A stretch of 64,000 bases of DNA from an uncultured Ellagibacter sp. GTDB taxonomy: Bacteria; Actinomycetota; Coriobacteriia; Coriobacteriales; Eggerthellaceae. The first letter of the stretch is position 1. Each line of letters opens with the position of its first letter. This document shows, piece after piece, positions 19,142 to 28,981 of the stretch. The DNA is taken from contig NZ_CAKUBT010000007.1 in assembly GCF_934643285.1 (NCBI RefSeq), positions 4,755 to 68,754 of the forward strand, in the 5' to 3' direction. The translations under genes were made by a program, and so were the position numbers. Under the pieces are notes generated by a model. It was not told where the DNA came from. It saw only the letters and a program-made list of their open reading frames with translations, and ran no database searches.

Positions 19142-19366
19142 CTATCTGAGCGCCTTGCCCATGTCGGCTACCATGCACTCGACCGCTCCGCAGCCGGAAC
19201 AGCCATGGCAGCTTCCACATCCGCTTCGAGGGCTATCGCTATCCCCGCAGTGGTCGTGGCAATCGCACAGGCCGCGCGTCGCAATGCGGCGCACCGCCAG
19301 CACAGCAAGCACGGCGATGACGAGCGCGACGACGATCGTCGACGGCGTCCAAACCAAACCCATCAT
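19142..19366 (-). CDS. FeoB-associated Cys-rich small membrane protein
   Basis: 74 aa. N-terminal TM helix then CDCHDHCGDSDSPRSGCGSCHGCSGCG. Immediately downstream of feoB. Confidence 0.7.
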   Translation of the reverse strand: MMGLVWTPSTIVVALVIAVLAVLAVRRIATRGLCDCHDHCGDSDSPRSGCGSCHGCSGCGAVECMVADMGKALR

Positions 19367-19444
19367 AGGTGCGCCTCCTTTCTTGCGGTTTGATATCGGG
19401 GACGCGCCCGAAAACGCATCCCCGAAAGTTACTCTCAGTATACT

Positions 19445-22075
19445 TTACGCCGCTTCATTCTCGGTTTCAAGCTTGCGAGCAACCTTTTCGTCCTTCTTGT
19501 CGTAATTCGGCATCGGACGGAAGATTTGGAAGAGCATGAGCGCCGCGATGATGATGGCAACCACGGTCCAGATACCGAAGCTCACTTCTCCCAAGGCCAG
19601 GCCAACGAACTGGTAGAGCATGCATCCCACGCACCAGGCAAAACCGCACATGTAGCCGATGGTGATCCAGAACCACTTAGCCGAGCGCTGCTGCTGGCGA
19701 ATGGTGCCCATTGCCGCGAAGCACGGCGCGCACAGCAGGTTGAAGGCGCAGAAGGCGACGATCGCAGCGGTCGATCCGCTAAGCATCTGGGCAAAGCCGT
19801 ACCACAGCTGCGGGTCCGCCTCGCCGAAGTCGCCGAGCTGGGTGATGATGCCGACGGTCGCGACGACGTTTTCCTTCGCAACGAGGCCGGTGACGGCAGT
19901 TGCAGTGGCCTGCCAGTTCGCGAAGCCGAGCGGCGCGAAGATCCAGGCCAGCAGGTTACCAAGGCCCGCCATGAGGCTGTACTCCATGTAGTCGGGCGCC
20001 TCGGAATCAAGCAGGCCGAAGCCTTCGCCCGCATCGCCGAAGTTCATGAGGAACCAGATGACGATCGTGGACAGGAAGATGATGGTACCTGCTTTGATGA
20101 TGTAGCCCTTCACGCGCTCCCACATCGAGAGCAGGATGTTCTTCACGCCCGGCATGTGGTACTGCGGAAGCTCCATGATAAACGGCGTGGTCTCGCCGGC
20201 GAAGAGCTTGGTCTTTTTCAGCATGATGCCGGAGAGGATGATCGCAATGACGCCCATGAAGTAGAACATCGGGGCGACATACCAGGTGGCGTCGGAATTG
20301 CCGGACGCGATCGCGCCGAACACGAGGGCGATGATCGGCATCTTCGCGCCGCAGGGGATCATGGTGGTGGTCATGATCGTCATGCGGCGATCCTTCTCGT
20401 TCTCGATCGTCTTGGTTGCCATGACGGCGGGCACGCCGCAGCCGGAGGCGATGAGCATCGGGATGAAGGATTTGCCAGACAGGCCGAACTTGCGGAAGAT
20501 GCGGTCCATGATGAACGCGACGCGGGACATGTAGCCGCACAGCTCCAGGAAGCCAAGGAGCAAGAAGAGGATGACCATCTGCGGAATGAAGCCGATAACG
20601 GCGCCAACACCTGCGACGATGCCGTCCATGACGAGCGACTGGAGCCACGGGGCGACTTCGGCTGCCTCAAGGGCATTGCCAATGATAGCACCAAGACCCG
20701 GGATCCACAGGCCCCAAGAACCATCGGAGGGGTCGGGCTCTTCGACTTCGAGAGCAGCCCGGTAATCGGCGAAGGTGATCGCCTGCTCCTCGACCTCGCC
20801 GTCGTCGCCTTCGACCTCCATCGTGGCAACAGCGTGCTTGGCCTGGGCCTCTTCGTCGAACGCCGCAATCGTTGCCTGAGCATCGTCGTACTCGGCAACG
20901 GCGTCTTCGTACTCGGCCATAGCGTCGGCGTCGGTGGCGTCTTCGGGAGCCTCGGGCTCGGCCAAAACCAGCGCGTCGATCACTTCTTGGGAGTCATCGG
21001 AGGGAAGGCCGGACACCTCGTCCTCGCCGAGGATGTTCTCGACGTAGGCGGTAATCTGCGCCTGGGCGTCTTCGTACTCGGCCGTGGCCTCGTCGAACGC
21101 CTCGCCGCCGGTGTAGAGCCAGCCGTCGCCGGAGATGCCGTCGTTGGCCCAGTCGGTCACAACGCCGCCGCCGACAGAGACGGCCAGCCAGTACACGAAG
21201 AACATGATGACGATGAAGATCGGCAGGCCGAGGAATCGGTTCGTGACGACGCGGTCGATCTTCTGGGTGGTGGACATGCCCTTGGTCGACTTCTTCACCG
21301 TGTCGTCGACGACGCTGGCGATCTCATCGTAGCGGGCAGAGGTCACGATAGACTCTGCGTCATCGTCGAGCTCGGCCTCAAGCGCGTCACGGATGGCGTC
21401 GACCGTTTTCTTGTCGGCGTCCGTCAGCTTGAGCTGGGAAATCGTGCGCTCCTCGCCCTCGAGCACCTTGATGGCGAACCAACGGGCCGTCGCGGAGGAA
21501 ACCCGCGAGCCGAGAACGTCAATAATCTTCGCGAGCGCCGTCTCGATCTCGTCGGAGAAGCGGATCTGCGGCGCAGCGGGAACGCCCTTCTTGCCGAGCT
21601 CGATCGCAGTCTTCACAAGCTCGTCCATGCCGCGGCCCTTGAGCGCCGAGGTGGGAACAATCGGGCATCCAAGCTCGCGAGAGAGCTTGTCGACGTCGAT
21701 CTTGTCGCCGTTCTTCTCGACGAGGTCCATCATGTTGAGGGCGATGACCACAGGCAGGCCCAACTCGAGGATCTGCGTGGTCAAATACAGGTTGCGCTCC
21801 AGGTTGGTCGCGTCGATCAGGTTGATGACGACGTCCGGGTCGCCATCGAGAAGATAGTCGCGCGCGACGATTTCTTCGGGCGAATACGGCGAGAGCGAAT
21901 AGATGCCGGGAAGGTCGGTAACCGTGACGTCCTTGTCCTTGGTGTACTTGCCTTCCTTCTTTTCAACAGTAACGCCAGGCCAGTTGCCAACATATTGGTT
22001 GGCGCCGGTCAGGTCGTTGAACATGGTCGTCTTGCCGCAGTTCGGGTTGCCGGCAAGCGCAATGCGAATTCCCAT
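19445..22075 (-). CDS. feoB: Ferrous iron transporter FeoB (with large acidic insertion in an extracytoplasmic loop)
   Basis: G-domain MGIRIALAGNPNCGKTT..DLPG..NMMD, then a polytopic gate domain. 876 aa. Confidence 0.95.
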   Translation of the reverse strand: MGIRIALAGNPNCGKTTMFNDLTGANQYVGNWPGVTVEKKEGKYTKDKDVTVTDLPGIYSLSPYSPEEIVARDYLLDGDPDVVINLIDATNLERNLYLTTQILELGLPVVIALNMMDLVEKNGDKIDVDKLSRELGCPIVPTSALKGRGMDELVKTAIELGKKGVPAAPQIRFSDEIETALAKIIDVLGSRVSSATARWFAIKVLEGEERTISQLKLTDADKKTVDAIRDALEAELDDDAESIVTSARYDEIASVVDDTVKKSTKGMSTTQKIDRVVTNRFLGLPIFIVIMFFVYWLAVSVGGGVVTDWANDGISGDGWLYTGGEAFDEATAEYEDAQAQITAYVENILGEDEVSGLPSDDSQEVIDALVLAEPEAPEDATDADAMAEYEDAVAEYDDAQATIAAFDEEAQAKHAVATMEVEGDDGEVEEQAITFADYRAALEVEEPDPSDGSWGLWIPGLGAIIGNALEAAEVAPWLQSLVMDGIVAGVGAVIGFIPQMVILFLLLGFLELCGYMSRVAFIMDRIFRKFGLSGKSFIPMLIASGCGVPAVMATKTIENEKDRRMTIMTTTMIPCGAKMPIIALVFGAIASGNSDATWYVAPMFYFMGVIAIILSGIMLKKTKLFAGETTPFIMELPQYHMPGVKNILLSMWERVKGYIIKAGTIIFLSTIVIWFLMNFGDAGEGFGLLDSEAPDYMEYSLMAGLGNLLAWIFAPLGFANWQATATAVTGLVAKENVVATVGIITQLGDFGEADPQLWYGFAQMLSGSTAAIVAFCAFNLLCAPCFAAMGTIRQQQRSAKWFWITIGYMCGFAWCVGCMLYQFVGLALGEVSFGIWTVVAIIIAALMLFQIFRPMPNYDKKDEKVARKLETENEAA

Positions 22076-22220
22076 GATCTACCTTTCCAAAATCAACGAT
22101 GCTTACCTTTGCTGCTTCGCCGAAACGGCGGCACCCTGAAGGGTCGGTGCGGTCGCTTCGATAAGTTAGATGACACTAACCGCCAAGCAAAGAAAAAGGC
22201 CTGCAAAGGCCCTGCTCGAA

Positions 22221-22460
22221 CTAAAGAACGAGCACACTTTCGGCTTCGCTCTTGCGCAGCGAAAGCTCATAGCCGCGAACGGTGACCTCGATAGGATCGC
22301 CGAGCGGCGCCACCTTGCGAACGAAAACCTCGACGCCCTTGGTGATGCCCATGTCCATGATGTGGCGCTTGAGGGCACCTTCGCCCACAAGGCGGCGCAC
22401 CGTGGCGGTCTCGCCGATGGCGACATCGCGCAGCGTCTTGTCCTGACCTGCTTCTGCCAT
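22221..22460 (-). CDS. feoA: FeoA-domain protein
   Basis: Start trimmed to ATG 22460, preceded by AAGGAGGAG. LRDVAIGETATVRRLVGEGALKRHIMDMGITKGVEV... is a FeoA SH3-like domain. Confidence 0.85.
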   Translation of the reverse strand: MAEAGQDKTLRDVAIGETATVRRLVGEGALKRHIMDMGITKGVEVFVRKVAPLGDPIEVTVRGYELSLRKSEAESVLVL

Positions 22461-22618
22461 AGCTTCTCCTCCTTTTCCTTCCTGTCTCAAAAGTCGTCCT
22501 GTCGCCGCAGCTTTCCGCGCAGTTGCGGAAACGGACGCAATGCGCCCTTTGCTGTGGCTTTAGCTTTTCACGGGGCTGCCGCACTCCCCTTTGCGGAAAG
22601 TGCGCCCGCCCACGAAAA

Positions 22619-22903
22619 CTAACGGGTGATGATGCGCTGCGCGACCTGCTTGTTCAGTGCGACCTGCGCACCTTTGACCTCGACGATGAAGTTGCCCGCC
22701 TGCTCGGAGACGACCTTCACTTCAGCGCCGGCGACAAAGCCAAGATTCTCGAGATGATGGAGCACATCGCCCTTTTCGCGAACCTTGACGACGGTGCCCG
22801 TCTCGCCCGTCTTCATAAAGGTGAGCGGCATCTGCGCCATGGAAGGTCCCGCAACGGTTGCGGTGCTCATGCCTTTGTCCATCGCCATTGCTTCCTGCAT
22901 CAT
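22619..22903 (-). CDS. feoA: FeoA-domain protein (second copy)
   Basis: MPLTFMKTGETGTVVKVREKGDVLHHLENLGFVAGAEVKVV. The exact start is uncertain because several in-frame Met codons are present. Confidence 0.8.
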   Translation of the reverse strand: MMQEAMAMDKGMSTATVAGPSMAQMPLTFMKTGETGTVVKVREKGDVLHHLENLGFVAGAEVKVVSEQAGNFIVEVKGAQVALNKQVAQRIITR

Positions 22904-23180
22904 AGCTACCTCGTCTTTCTTTGCTAACCGCGGTTAACATCTAGCTATCATATGCCATCTCTGGCTCGATTTGGAAGCCTTGGTGAACTTTTTTGTTTCC
23001 TTCGGCTAATCTCCATAATTCGCCGTGGTTAATTTTTCGTTACGAAACGCCTTAGAGCCAGACGCCAAAGCGAAGGTTGCGATAATGGTTGAATTGCAAA
23101 AATTGCGGATAATTTCCCTTTAAGATGTTTTCGCAGATAGTATAGTAAGCATGACTTATCTGAACGCGGAAGGTTGCAAT

Positions 23181-24761
23181 ATGAAAGACAGCTTCGCCCC
23201 GGCTGCAGGCGTAAACGAGAACTTCTATTCCGACACGCGCGGCCTCGTGAGCGACCCCGTCCCCTTCACAAAGGCGGTCATTGACGGCCTGGCCCATGGA
23301 GGCGGCCTCTACGTCCCTGCCCACGTGCCGGCACTTTCGATCGACGAGATTTGCAGCTTGGCGGGAATGCCCTACTCCAAGCGCGCCGCCACGGTTTACC
23401 GCGCCTTCGGCGTCGACCTGCCGACCGAGCGCATCGAAGCGCTTATGGAAAGCGCCTACGGCGACCAGTTCGACGACGAGCGCATCTGCCCGATCACCTC
23501 GCTCGATGAGAACACCCACGTGCTCGAGCTGTGGCATGGCCCCACGAGCGCGTTCAAGGACATGGCACTGCAATGCCTGCCCCGCTTCTTCTCCGCGAGC
23601 GCCGAGGTGCTTCGCGAACGCGGGGAACTCGACCACGACTTCCTCATCCTGGTGGCAACTTCGGGCGACACGGGCAAGGCCGCGCTCGAAGGCTTCAAGA
23701 ACGCCGAGCACGTGCGCATCGGCGTGCTGTTCCCCGATGGCGGCGTGAGCGACATTCAGCGCAAGCAGATGGTCACGACCACCGGCGACAACGTGCAGGT
23801 CTGGGGCGTGCGCGGCAACTTCGACGACTGCCAGACCGGCGTGAAGAACGTCTTCGGCGACGAGGCGTACGCCGAGAAGCTGCTCTCTGAGCACAACGTG
23901 ACCTTATCGAGCGCGAACTCCATCAACTGGGGGCGCCTCATGCCCCAGATCGTGTACTACATCTCGAGCTACGCCGAGCTGGTTGCCAAGGGCAAGGTCG
24001 AAGCTGGCAAGCCGATCGACGTCTGCGTCCCCACGGGCAATTTCGGGAACATCCTCGCCGCATGGTACGCCAAGCGCATGGGCACCCCGATCGAAATGCT
24101 CTTCTGCGCGAGCAACGAGAACCGCGTGCTCACCGACTTCATCAACACCGGCACCTACGACATCTCCGAGCGCGACTTTGCACTGACGCCGTCGCCGTCG
24201 ATGGACATCCTGGTGTCCTCCAACCTGGAGCGCCAGCTGTTCGAGCTTTCCGGGCGCAACGCCGAGGCGGTTCGCAGCTGGATGTCCGACCTGCGCGAGA
24301 AGAAATGCTTCCGCGTGGATGCCGACACCTTCGCGGCCGTGCGCGCCGAGTTCGCGGCCGACTCCGTCGACAATGAGACCTGCCTTTCCACCATCAAGGA
24401 GGTCTTCGACGCCAACGGCTATCTCATCGACCCGCACACCGCGGTCGCCTACAAGGTCGCCGAGCAGCTGCGCGGCGAAAACCCCGTGCTCATCGCGAGC
24501 ACGGCCCATTGGGCGAAGTTCGGCGACAACGTGTATCGCGCGCTTCACGGCATGGCGCCCGGAGAGCCGCTTCCCGAAGAGGCTGCTGCGCTTTCGGGAT
24601 GCCAGCTCAACGAGCTGATCGCCGACGAGACCGGGCAGCACAACGTGCCCGCCAACCTGGCATCCCTCGACGCGGCGCACGTGCGCTTCGAAGAGGTTAT
24701 CGATAACTCGACCGAGGACATCGAGCACGCAGCAGCGGCTTTTCTCGGCAAGACAAACTAA
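23181..24761 (+). CDS. thrC: Threonine synthase (long form)
   Basis: Start moved to ATG 23181 after GGAAGG. FYSDTRG...GGLYVP; PLP-lysine motif GPTSAFKDMALQ. Confidence 0.9.
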   Translation: MKDSFAPAAGVNENFYSDTRGLVSDPVPFTKAVIDGLAHGGGLYVPAHVPALSIDEICSLAGMPYSKRAATVYRAFGVDLPTERIEALMESAYGDQFDDERICPITSLDENTHVLELWHGPTSAFKDMALQCLPRFFSASAEVLRERGELDHDFLILVATSGDTGKAALEGFKNAEHVRIGVLFPDGGVSDIQRKQMVTTTGDNVQVWGVRGNFDDCQTGVKNVFGDEAYAEKLLSEHNVTLSSANSINWGRLMPQIVYYISSYAELVAKGKVEAGKPIDVCVPTGNFGNILAAWYAKRMGTPIEMLFCASNENRVLTDFINTGTYDISERDFALTPSPSMDILVSSNLERQLFELSGRNAEAVRSWMSDLREKKCFRVDADTFAAVRAEFAADSVDNETCLSTIKEVFDANGYLIDPHTAVAYKVAEQLRGENPVLIASTAHWAKFGDNVYRALHGMAPGEPLPEEAAALSGCQLNELIADETGQHNVPANLASLDAAHVRFEEVIDNSTEDIEHAAAAFLGKTN

Positions 24762-24810
24762 CAATCAGGAAACCACAGGCAAACAGAAAACCGTCGAAAA
24801 AGGGGAACCC

Positions 24811-25155
24811 ATGAGCAAGCTTACCAACCTCACTCCATCCATCAGGCTTTCCATCAAGAACCCGGACTCCGAGAGCGGATCGGTGTTCGGCCGCGGCATC
24901 GCCGATTTGTGCCTCGGCGTGCGTGAGAAGGGCTCGCTGAACGCCGCCGCGAAGAGCATCGGCATGGCGTACAGCAAGGCCTGGCGCATCATCAAGGAAA
25001 CCGAAGCAGCCTTGGAAATCCAGCTGCTCAATCGCGATGGCGCCCACGGGAGCAGCCTTACCGATGAGGGTAACAAGCTTCTCGACTCCTATCTTGAAAT
25101 CGCCAAGCGCGTTCAGGAAGCAGCCGAGAAGGAATTCCACCGTCTCGTCGACTAG
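24811..25155 (+). CDS. Small winged-helix regulator resembling the ModE N-terminal/LysR-type HTH domain
   Basis: 114 aa. GSLNAAAKSIGMAYSKAWRIIKETEAALEIQLLNR matches the ModE_N/LysR HTH pattern. No molybdate-binding Mop domains. Confidence 0.55.
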   Translation: MSKLTNLTPSIRLSIKNPDSESGSVFGRGIADLCLGVREKGSLNAAAKSIGMAYSKAWRIIKETEAALEIQLLNRDGAHGSSLTDEGNKLLDSYLEIAKRVQEAAEKEFHRLVD

Positions 25156-25502
25156 GCATCGGCGGCTCTCGTCCGCCCAGCTGGGGCGCATCCCGCAAAA
25201 TCGACGGCAACCCGCACGCCCGCGGCGCCTTCCGGCACCGCGATATGGAGTACGAGGTCCCGCGTAGCCGATTTCGCATCCGCTTTGCTTTCTTGGCGCA
25301 CGTCCACAGGGCGTGCGTCTTTCTTTTTCTCCTCGGCTTCGACCGAATCGCGGGCTTTTCCCGAGCAATCCGACGGCTCCTCCGGTTCGAACACACCCCC
25401 ATGCGCCTCTTCGGCATCGGGGGAATCGAATCGATGCAGGCATCCGTAGCAAGTATCCATATCGTCGAACACCCGCGCCTTGCACACAGGGCACACTTTC
25501 AT
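25152..25502 (-). CDS. Zinc-ribbon protein, last gene of the Tad operon
   Basis: Start taken at ATG 25502 (MKVCPVCKARVFDDMDTCYGCLHRF, CxxC..CxxC). ATGA overlap with the DUF192 gene stop. Confidence 0.5.
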   Translation of the reverse strand: MKVCPVCKARVFDDMDTCYGCLHRFDSPDAEEAHGGVFEPEEPSDCSGKARDSVEAEEKKKDARPVDVRQESKADAKSATRDLVLHIAVPEGAAGVRVAVDFAGCAPAGRTRAADA

Positions 25503-25816
25503 CTTGTTGGTCCTTTCCGCTCTCTTTGCGCCGCATAGGCAACAAGCCCCACGCGGTCCCCTTCCGAAAACCATGCCCCGCATTCGGCAAAGCGCTCAAT
25601 AGTCGCCACCGCACGAGGACATCGCAGACGCCTCATCGGACCCACTGCGCGATACGATTCGAGCACGACGCCGCAGCGATCGACGAACGCGATGTCGAGC
25701 TTTCGAACCATGCCGACGGTATGCACGTCGTTGCACGGCATGAGAATCAAAGGCTCGCTGCACCTGCGCCGCAAAAGCAGCCCGCGCGCCCTCGACGGGC
25801 CGTCCGTCGCCACCAT
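25499..25816 (-). CDS. DUF192-family protein
   Basis: Start taken at ATG 25816. RARGLLLRR...PLILMPCNDVHTVGMVRKLDIAFVDRCGVVL fits the DUF192 pattern (RGLmgr...lll.PC.siHT.gM...lDv.FlD..g.V). Confidence 0.6.
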   Translation of the reverse strand: MVATDGPSRARGLLLRRRCSEPLILMPCNDVHTVGMVRKLDIAFVDRCGVVLESYRAVGPMRRLRCPRAVATIERFAECGAWFSEGDRVGLVAYAAQRERKGPTR

Positions 25817-25845
25817 GAGCCGCGACCAGGCGCGATCGCCCGACC

Positions 25846-26370
25846 TCAATCCTCGCTTATCGCGCACTGCACGACCACGCTTGAGCCCTCCCCCATAGGT
25901 ACGCACGACACCATCGCCCACAGGCACACGCCCCCTTCCTTCACAAAGACCGAGCACCCCTCGATGCCCGTTTCCGATTCAACCCAACCTTTGCGCGCAA
26001 GCTCGCCCTCTATCTGCGAGAACTCGCTTTCCGCCGAATGTACGCACGAGAATCCGACGACCCCGCCCCCGCCTGAAACCCGCACCGACTTAGCCCCGCC
26101 GAGCGAGAAGAGCTCTTTCTCGAACCATGAGGGCACCGCCTCGATTCCCGTTTGCTCGCCCGCGAGCGACACCGCAGCATCGCCGTCGCTCGAATCAGGG
26201 CCGCCCCCGAGCGCGATTTTCGCCTGGTCTCCCGCGTCTTCAGCCCAAAGCGCGCGGCCCATCTTCGTCGCCGCACCCGCGACTTCGAGCCCGTCGTCGA
26301 TCGCCATCGCGAGCACGATGACGACCGCGATCGAAAGCAAGGCGGCAAGCGCCCGATGCCCCTGCCCCAT
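25846..26370 (-). CDS. Membrane-anchored protein of unknown function in the Tad operon
   Basis: 174 aa. N-terminal TM (ALAALLSIAVVIVLAMAI). Start overlaps the preceding stop by 1 nt (TGATG). Confidence 0.5.
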   Translation of the reverse strand: MGQGHRALAALLSIAVVIVLAMAIDDGLEVAGAATKMGRALWAEDAGDQAKIALGGGPDSSDGDAAVSLAGEQTGIEAVPSWFEKELFSLGGAKSVRVSGGGGVVGFSCVHSAESEFSQIEGELARKGWVESETGIEGCSVFVKEGGVCLWAMVSCVPMGEGSSVVVQCAISED

Positions 26371-26843
26371 CAGAACAGCACCCCCGGCTTGTAGACATCC
26401 ACCACCAACTCCGTCGAATGCTCCAACTGCGGAAGCGACACGCCGAAAACGGAGGACTTCAAGCCCATGCCGAAAAGCGTCGGAGTGAAGCGAAGGGTCG
26501 CACGGAAGCGCTTCTGCCCGAACGACTCGCTCGCCACCGAAACGCTTGCCTCCAGGTAGTCCTTGTCCGCAATGTCCATTCCCTCCTCGATCGCGCCAAG
26601 TGCAGCGGCGCAGCTTTGGTTCGAGTCCTCGCCATATGCCGGAGACGTCGCGAACACGCGCACCGCATTACGGGCAAGCCTGTCGAATGCGGCGCACTCC
26701 GAGAAGAAGAGCATCGCGTTCATCGCGATCACCGCAATAGCGACGAGCACCGGGATCATCACGGCGAGCTCGACGGTCATCTGCCCGCGCTCGTCGCGCG
26801 AGCAGCCGAACCTTTCTTTTTGCAGCCCGCCCATCAGTGCCAC
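26370..26843 (-). CDS. tadE: TadE-like pseudopilin/pilus assembly protein
   Basis: ERGQMTVELAVMIPVLVAIAVIAMN matches the G/xxxxE prepilin-peptidase-type motif plus a hydrophobic helix. Confidence 0.65.
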   Translation of the reverse strand: MALMGGLQKERFGCSRDERGQMTVELAVMIPVLVAIAVIAMNAMLFFSECAAFDRLARNAVRVFATSPAYGEDSNQSCAAALGAIEEGMDIADKDYLEASVSVASESFGQKRFRATLRFTPTLFGMGLKSSVFGVSLPQLEHSTELVVDVYKPGVLF

Positions 26844-28981
26844 ACCCTCGTGCCGGTAACGCTCGCAACAACCCCGCGGAGCGCATCCGCCGCCGCGCTC
26901 ACCAACCCTCCCGTCGCCTGCCTCACCGAATCGGGTAGCGTGATGGTTATGGGAACCGAACCACCGCCAAGCGGAAACTCTACTTGGACGATCTCGATTG
27001 CGCCGTCCGCACCCTCAAGGGCTCGAAGCGCTTCGTCTTCTACCTTCCCGACAAGAGAGTCAAACAAGCTTGCCGACGAGCCCGAAGTCGAGAGCACCCC
27101 ATTGCGAATCACCTGATAGTTGGCAGAAAACGTACCCGAATCAGACGCGGCAACGTACCCCGTGCTCACAAGAACGGGTTTGAGCGCATCCAGTTTCGCG
27201 GGCGCAAACCCCGCCGCTTCGACGATGCTCGCAAGCTTGTCTGCCGCCCATATGCCCAAACCGCTTGCGCTTGCGAGCGGCAACGAATCGAGCGAATGGC
27301 GAATCGCGTTGTCGATTGCTTCTTGCCCATCGCAGTAAGCGCGAAGGGCGCGCGACCACACGTCGAGTGCAAACCTTGCAGCACCAACAGCCGCTCCTCC
27401 GTCTTCGGCCAGGCTGTCGAGGAGCGAGGAGACGACCGTGCGCCCCTCTTCGCTGTCCTCCTCGAGCAACGTTGCACCGGAAACGGCGGCTCTCGTCCCG
27501 AGCGAGGACGAACCCTCAACAAACGAGCTCGCGAAGCCAGTATCCGCAGGCGCCGCAACGAGGTTCACAACCATCGAGATGGCCCCCTTGTATCCAGGAG
27601 GCTTCGCATCGATGCGCATTCCTCCAATTTCAGAGAGCGCCTCCTTGCACTTTTCGAGCAGGCCGCCGGCTTTGCCCTTCACCTCCTTCGCCGTTTCATC
27701 CTGCTTTTCGCGAGCTGCCGTGTAATCCGCTGCAGCTCGTGCCACGGCGCCGTAGTGGTACTCGAAGCCGTTCGAGATGGAGCTCGATGCGGCGGCTACC
27801 CTCCCAAGGCTCGAGGCGGTGAAGCGGCAGACGTCGCACACGGGGTAGTTTTCTGCCTCCATCTGGGCGATCGAAGCCGTGCCCATACTAGGAGACGCAT
27901 TCGGGCAACCTTCCCACGCATGAAGCGTCGTCGCACCCGATGAGTCCTTCCCAAGCGGGAACACCAGGTCCGTATAGAGCCTTGTGGCCTTCATCTCCGC
28001 CGTATTCTTAGGGAGCAAAGGGAAGAAGGCGTCGAAGGAATCTCCCGTGTCGAGCACGAACCCGCGCGACACCTCGGCAAGCGCGAAGCGGTAGAACACC
28101 TTGCGCAAGGCGGACTCGGCCTGCTCCTCTGTCGCCGAAGACTGGGGAGCCTCGTCTTCAAGGCGCGCCGAGTAATAGGCCTTCGCACGATCGAGGGCGA
28201 CGGAGAACGACCACGCATCAACCGAGCGGAACAGCGGATTCGATGTTGGGGAAATGTTCGAAAGGGCCTCGGCGCGCTCGTACATGCAATACGCAGGCGC
28301 ATCGCCGCAATCGCGCTTGAAGCCTTCCTCCTTTGTCGAGAAGGCCTCTTTTGCAGCCTCTTCCGCCTCTTCAGAAGCTTGTTTGAGCGACTCGGTGTCC
28401 TCGGACACAGCGTCAGCGGCATCGGAGAGCGCCTTCGACGACCCCACCTCGATCCGCTCCCCCTCTGCGGGGACGAGCATCGCTATACCGAGATAGCTCG
28501 CAGCCATGACACCGCCCGAGTTTGAGCTCGCCGTCGCATACGCGCTCGCCGCCGCAAGAAACGGCAGGGCCTCCTGGAGGGCATTGAGCCCCGACGCGGC
28601 ACGCTCGGCGAAGGCGTTCCTCGACTGAAGCACCTTCGTCCCCAGGTTCACCAGCTCGATCCCCAGATCTGCTGCAGGTGGAGCGCAGAGCGCAACGACG
28701 CCCAAGCCGAACATCGCGGCGCTCGTCAGCGAAAGGGAGAGCACGACGGCGTCGCACACGCGAACGGCGATCATGAACTCTGCAACCTCGCCCTCCGCCG
28801 CAAGAACGCACGCGTCGGCGACGTCCTGTATGTCCGCAGAGGCCGAAGAGACCCGATACACCTGGGCCGCCGAGAACACGAGGGACAACGTGACCAAGAG
28901 GGCAATCGCCATGCCAAGCGTCGAGAATCCCCCATCGTCATCCCAGAAGGCACCGCGCCCGCCCTTGAGCCTAAGCCTCAT
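26834..28981 (-). CDS. Large TadG-like (Tad_N-type N-terminus) pilus-associated protein
   Basis: Start taken at ATG 28981 (MRLRLKGGRGAFWDDDGGFSTLGMAIALLVTLSLVFSAAQVY). 715 aa, Ala/Ser-rich. Overlaps both neighbours by about 10 nt. Confidence 0.6.
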   Translation of the reverse strand: MRLRLKGGRGAFWDDDGGFSTLGMAIALLVTLSLVFSAAQVYRVSSASADIQDVADACVLAAEGEVAEFMIAVRVCDAVVLSLSLTSAAMFGLGVVALCAPPAADLGIELVNLGTKVLQSRNAFAERAASGLNALQEALPFLAAASAYATASSNSGGVMAASYLGIAMLVPAEGERIEVGSSKALSDAADAVSEDTESLKQASEEAEEAAKEAFSTKEEGFKRDCGDAPAYCMYERAEALSNISPTSNPLFRSVDAWSFSVALDRAKAYYSARLEDEAPQSSATEEQAESALRKVFYRFALAEVSRGFVLDTGDSFDAFFPLLPKNTAEMKATRLYTDLVFPLGKDSSGATTLHAWEGCPNASPSMGTASIAQMEAENYPVCDVCRFTASSLGRVAAASSSISNGFEYHYGAVARAAADYTAAREKQDETAKEVKGKAGGLLEKCKEALSEIGGMRIDAKPPGYKGAISMVVNLVAAPADTGFASSFVEGSSSLGTRAAVSGATLLEEDSEEGRTVVSSLLDSLAEDGGAAVGAARFALDVWSRALRAYCDGQEAIDNAIRHSLDSLPLASASGLGIWAADKLASIVEAAGFAPAKLDALKPVLVSTGYVAASDSGTFSANYQVIRNGVLSTSGSSASLFDSLVGKVEDEALRALEGADGAIEIVQVEFPLGGGSVPITITLPDSVRQATGGLVSAAADALRGVVASVTGTRVWH

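Noticed and set aside
19526-22285. 919-aa plus-strand ORF
   Set aside because: Antisense shadow of feoB/feoA. No motifs, extreme Arg/Gly/Asp/His bias.
22491-22618. Attenuator or terminator between the two feoA genes (ccgc/gcgg-type short inverted repeats)
   Set aside because: Stems are short (6-7 bp) and imperfect, with no U-tract. Insufficient support.
24762-25160. Direct repeat of the tRNA-Val 3' end marking the distal boundary of a Tad genomic island
   Set aside because: By eye I found no copy of gctgagggatttgaac or its complement near the thrC/ModE-like end. The island hypothesis is kept only as a weak inference.
25313-26488. 391-aa plus-strand ORF inside the Tad operon tail
   Set aside because: Pro/Ser/Arg-rich antisense frame. 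The minus strand carries coupled genes with TM, TadE and DUF192 motifs.
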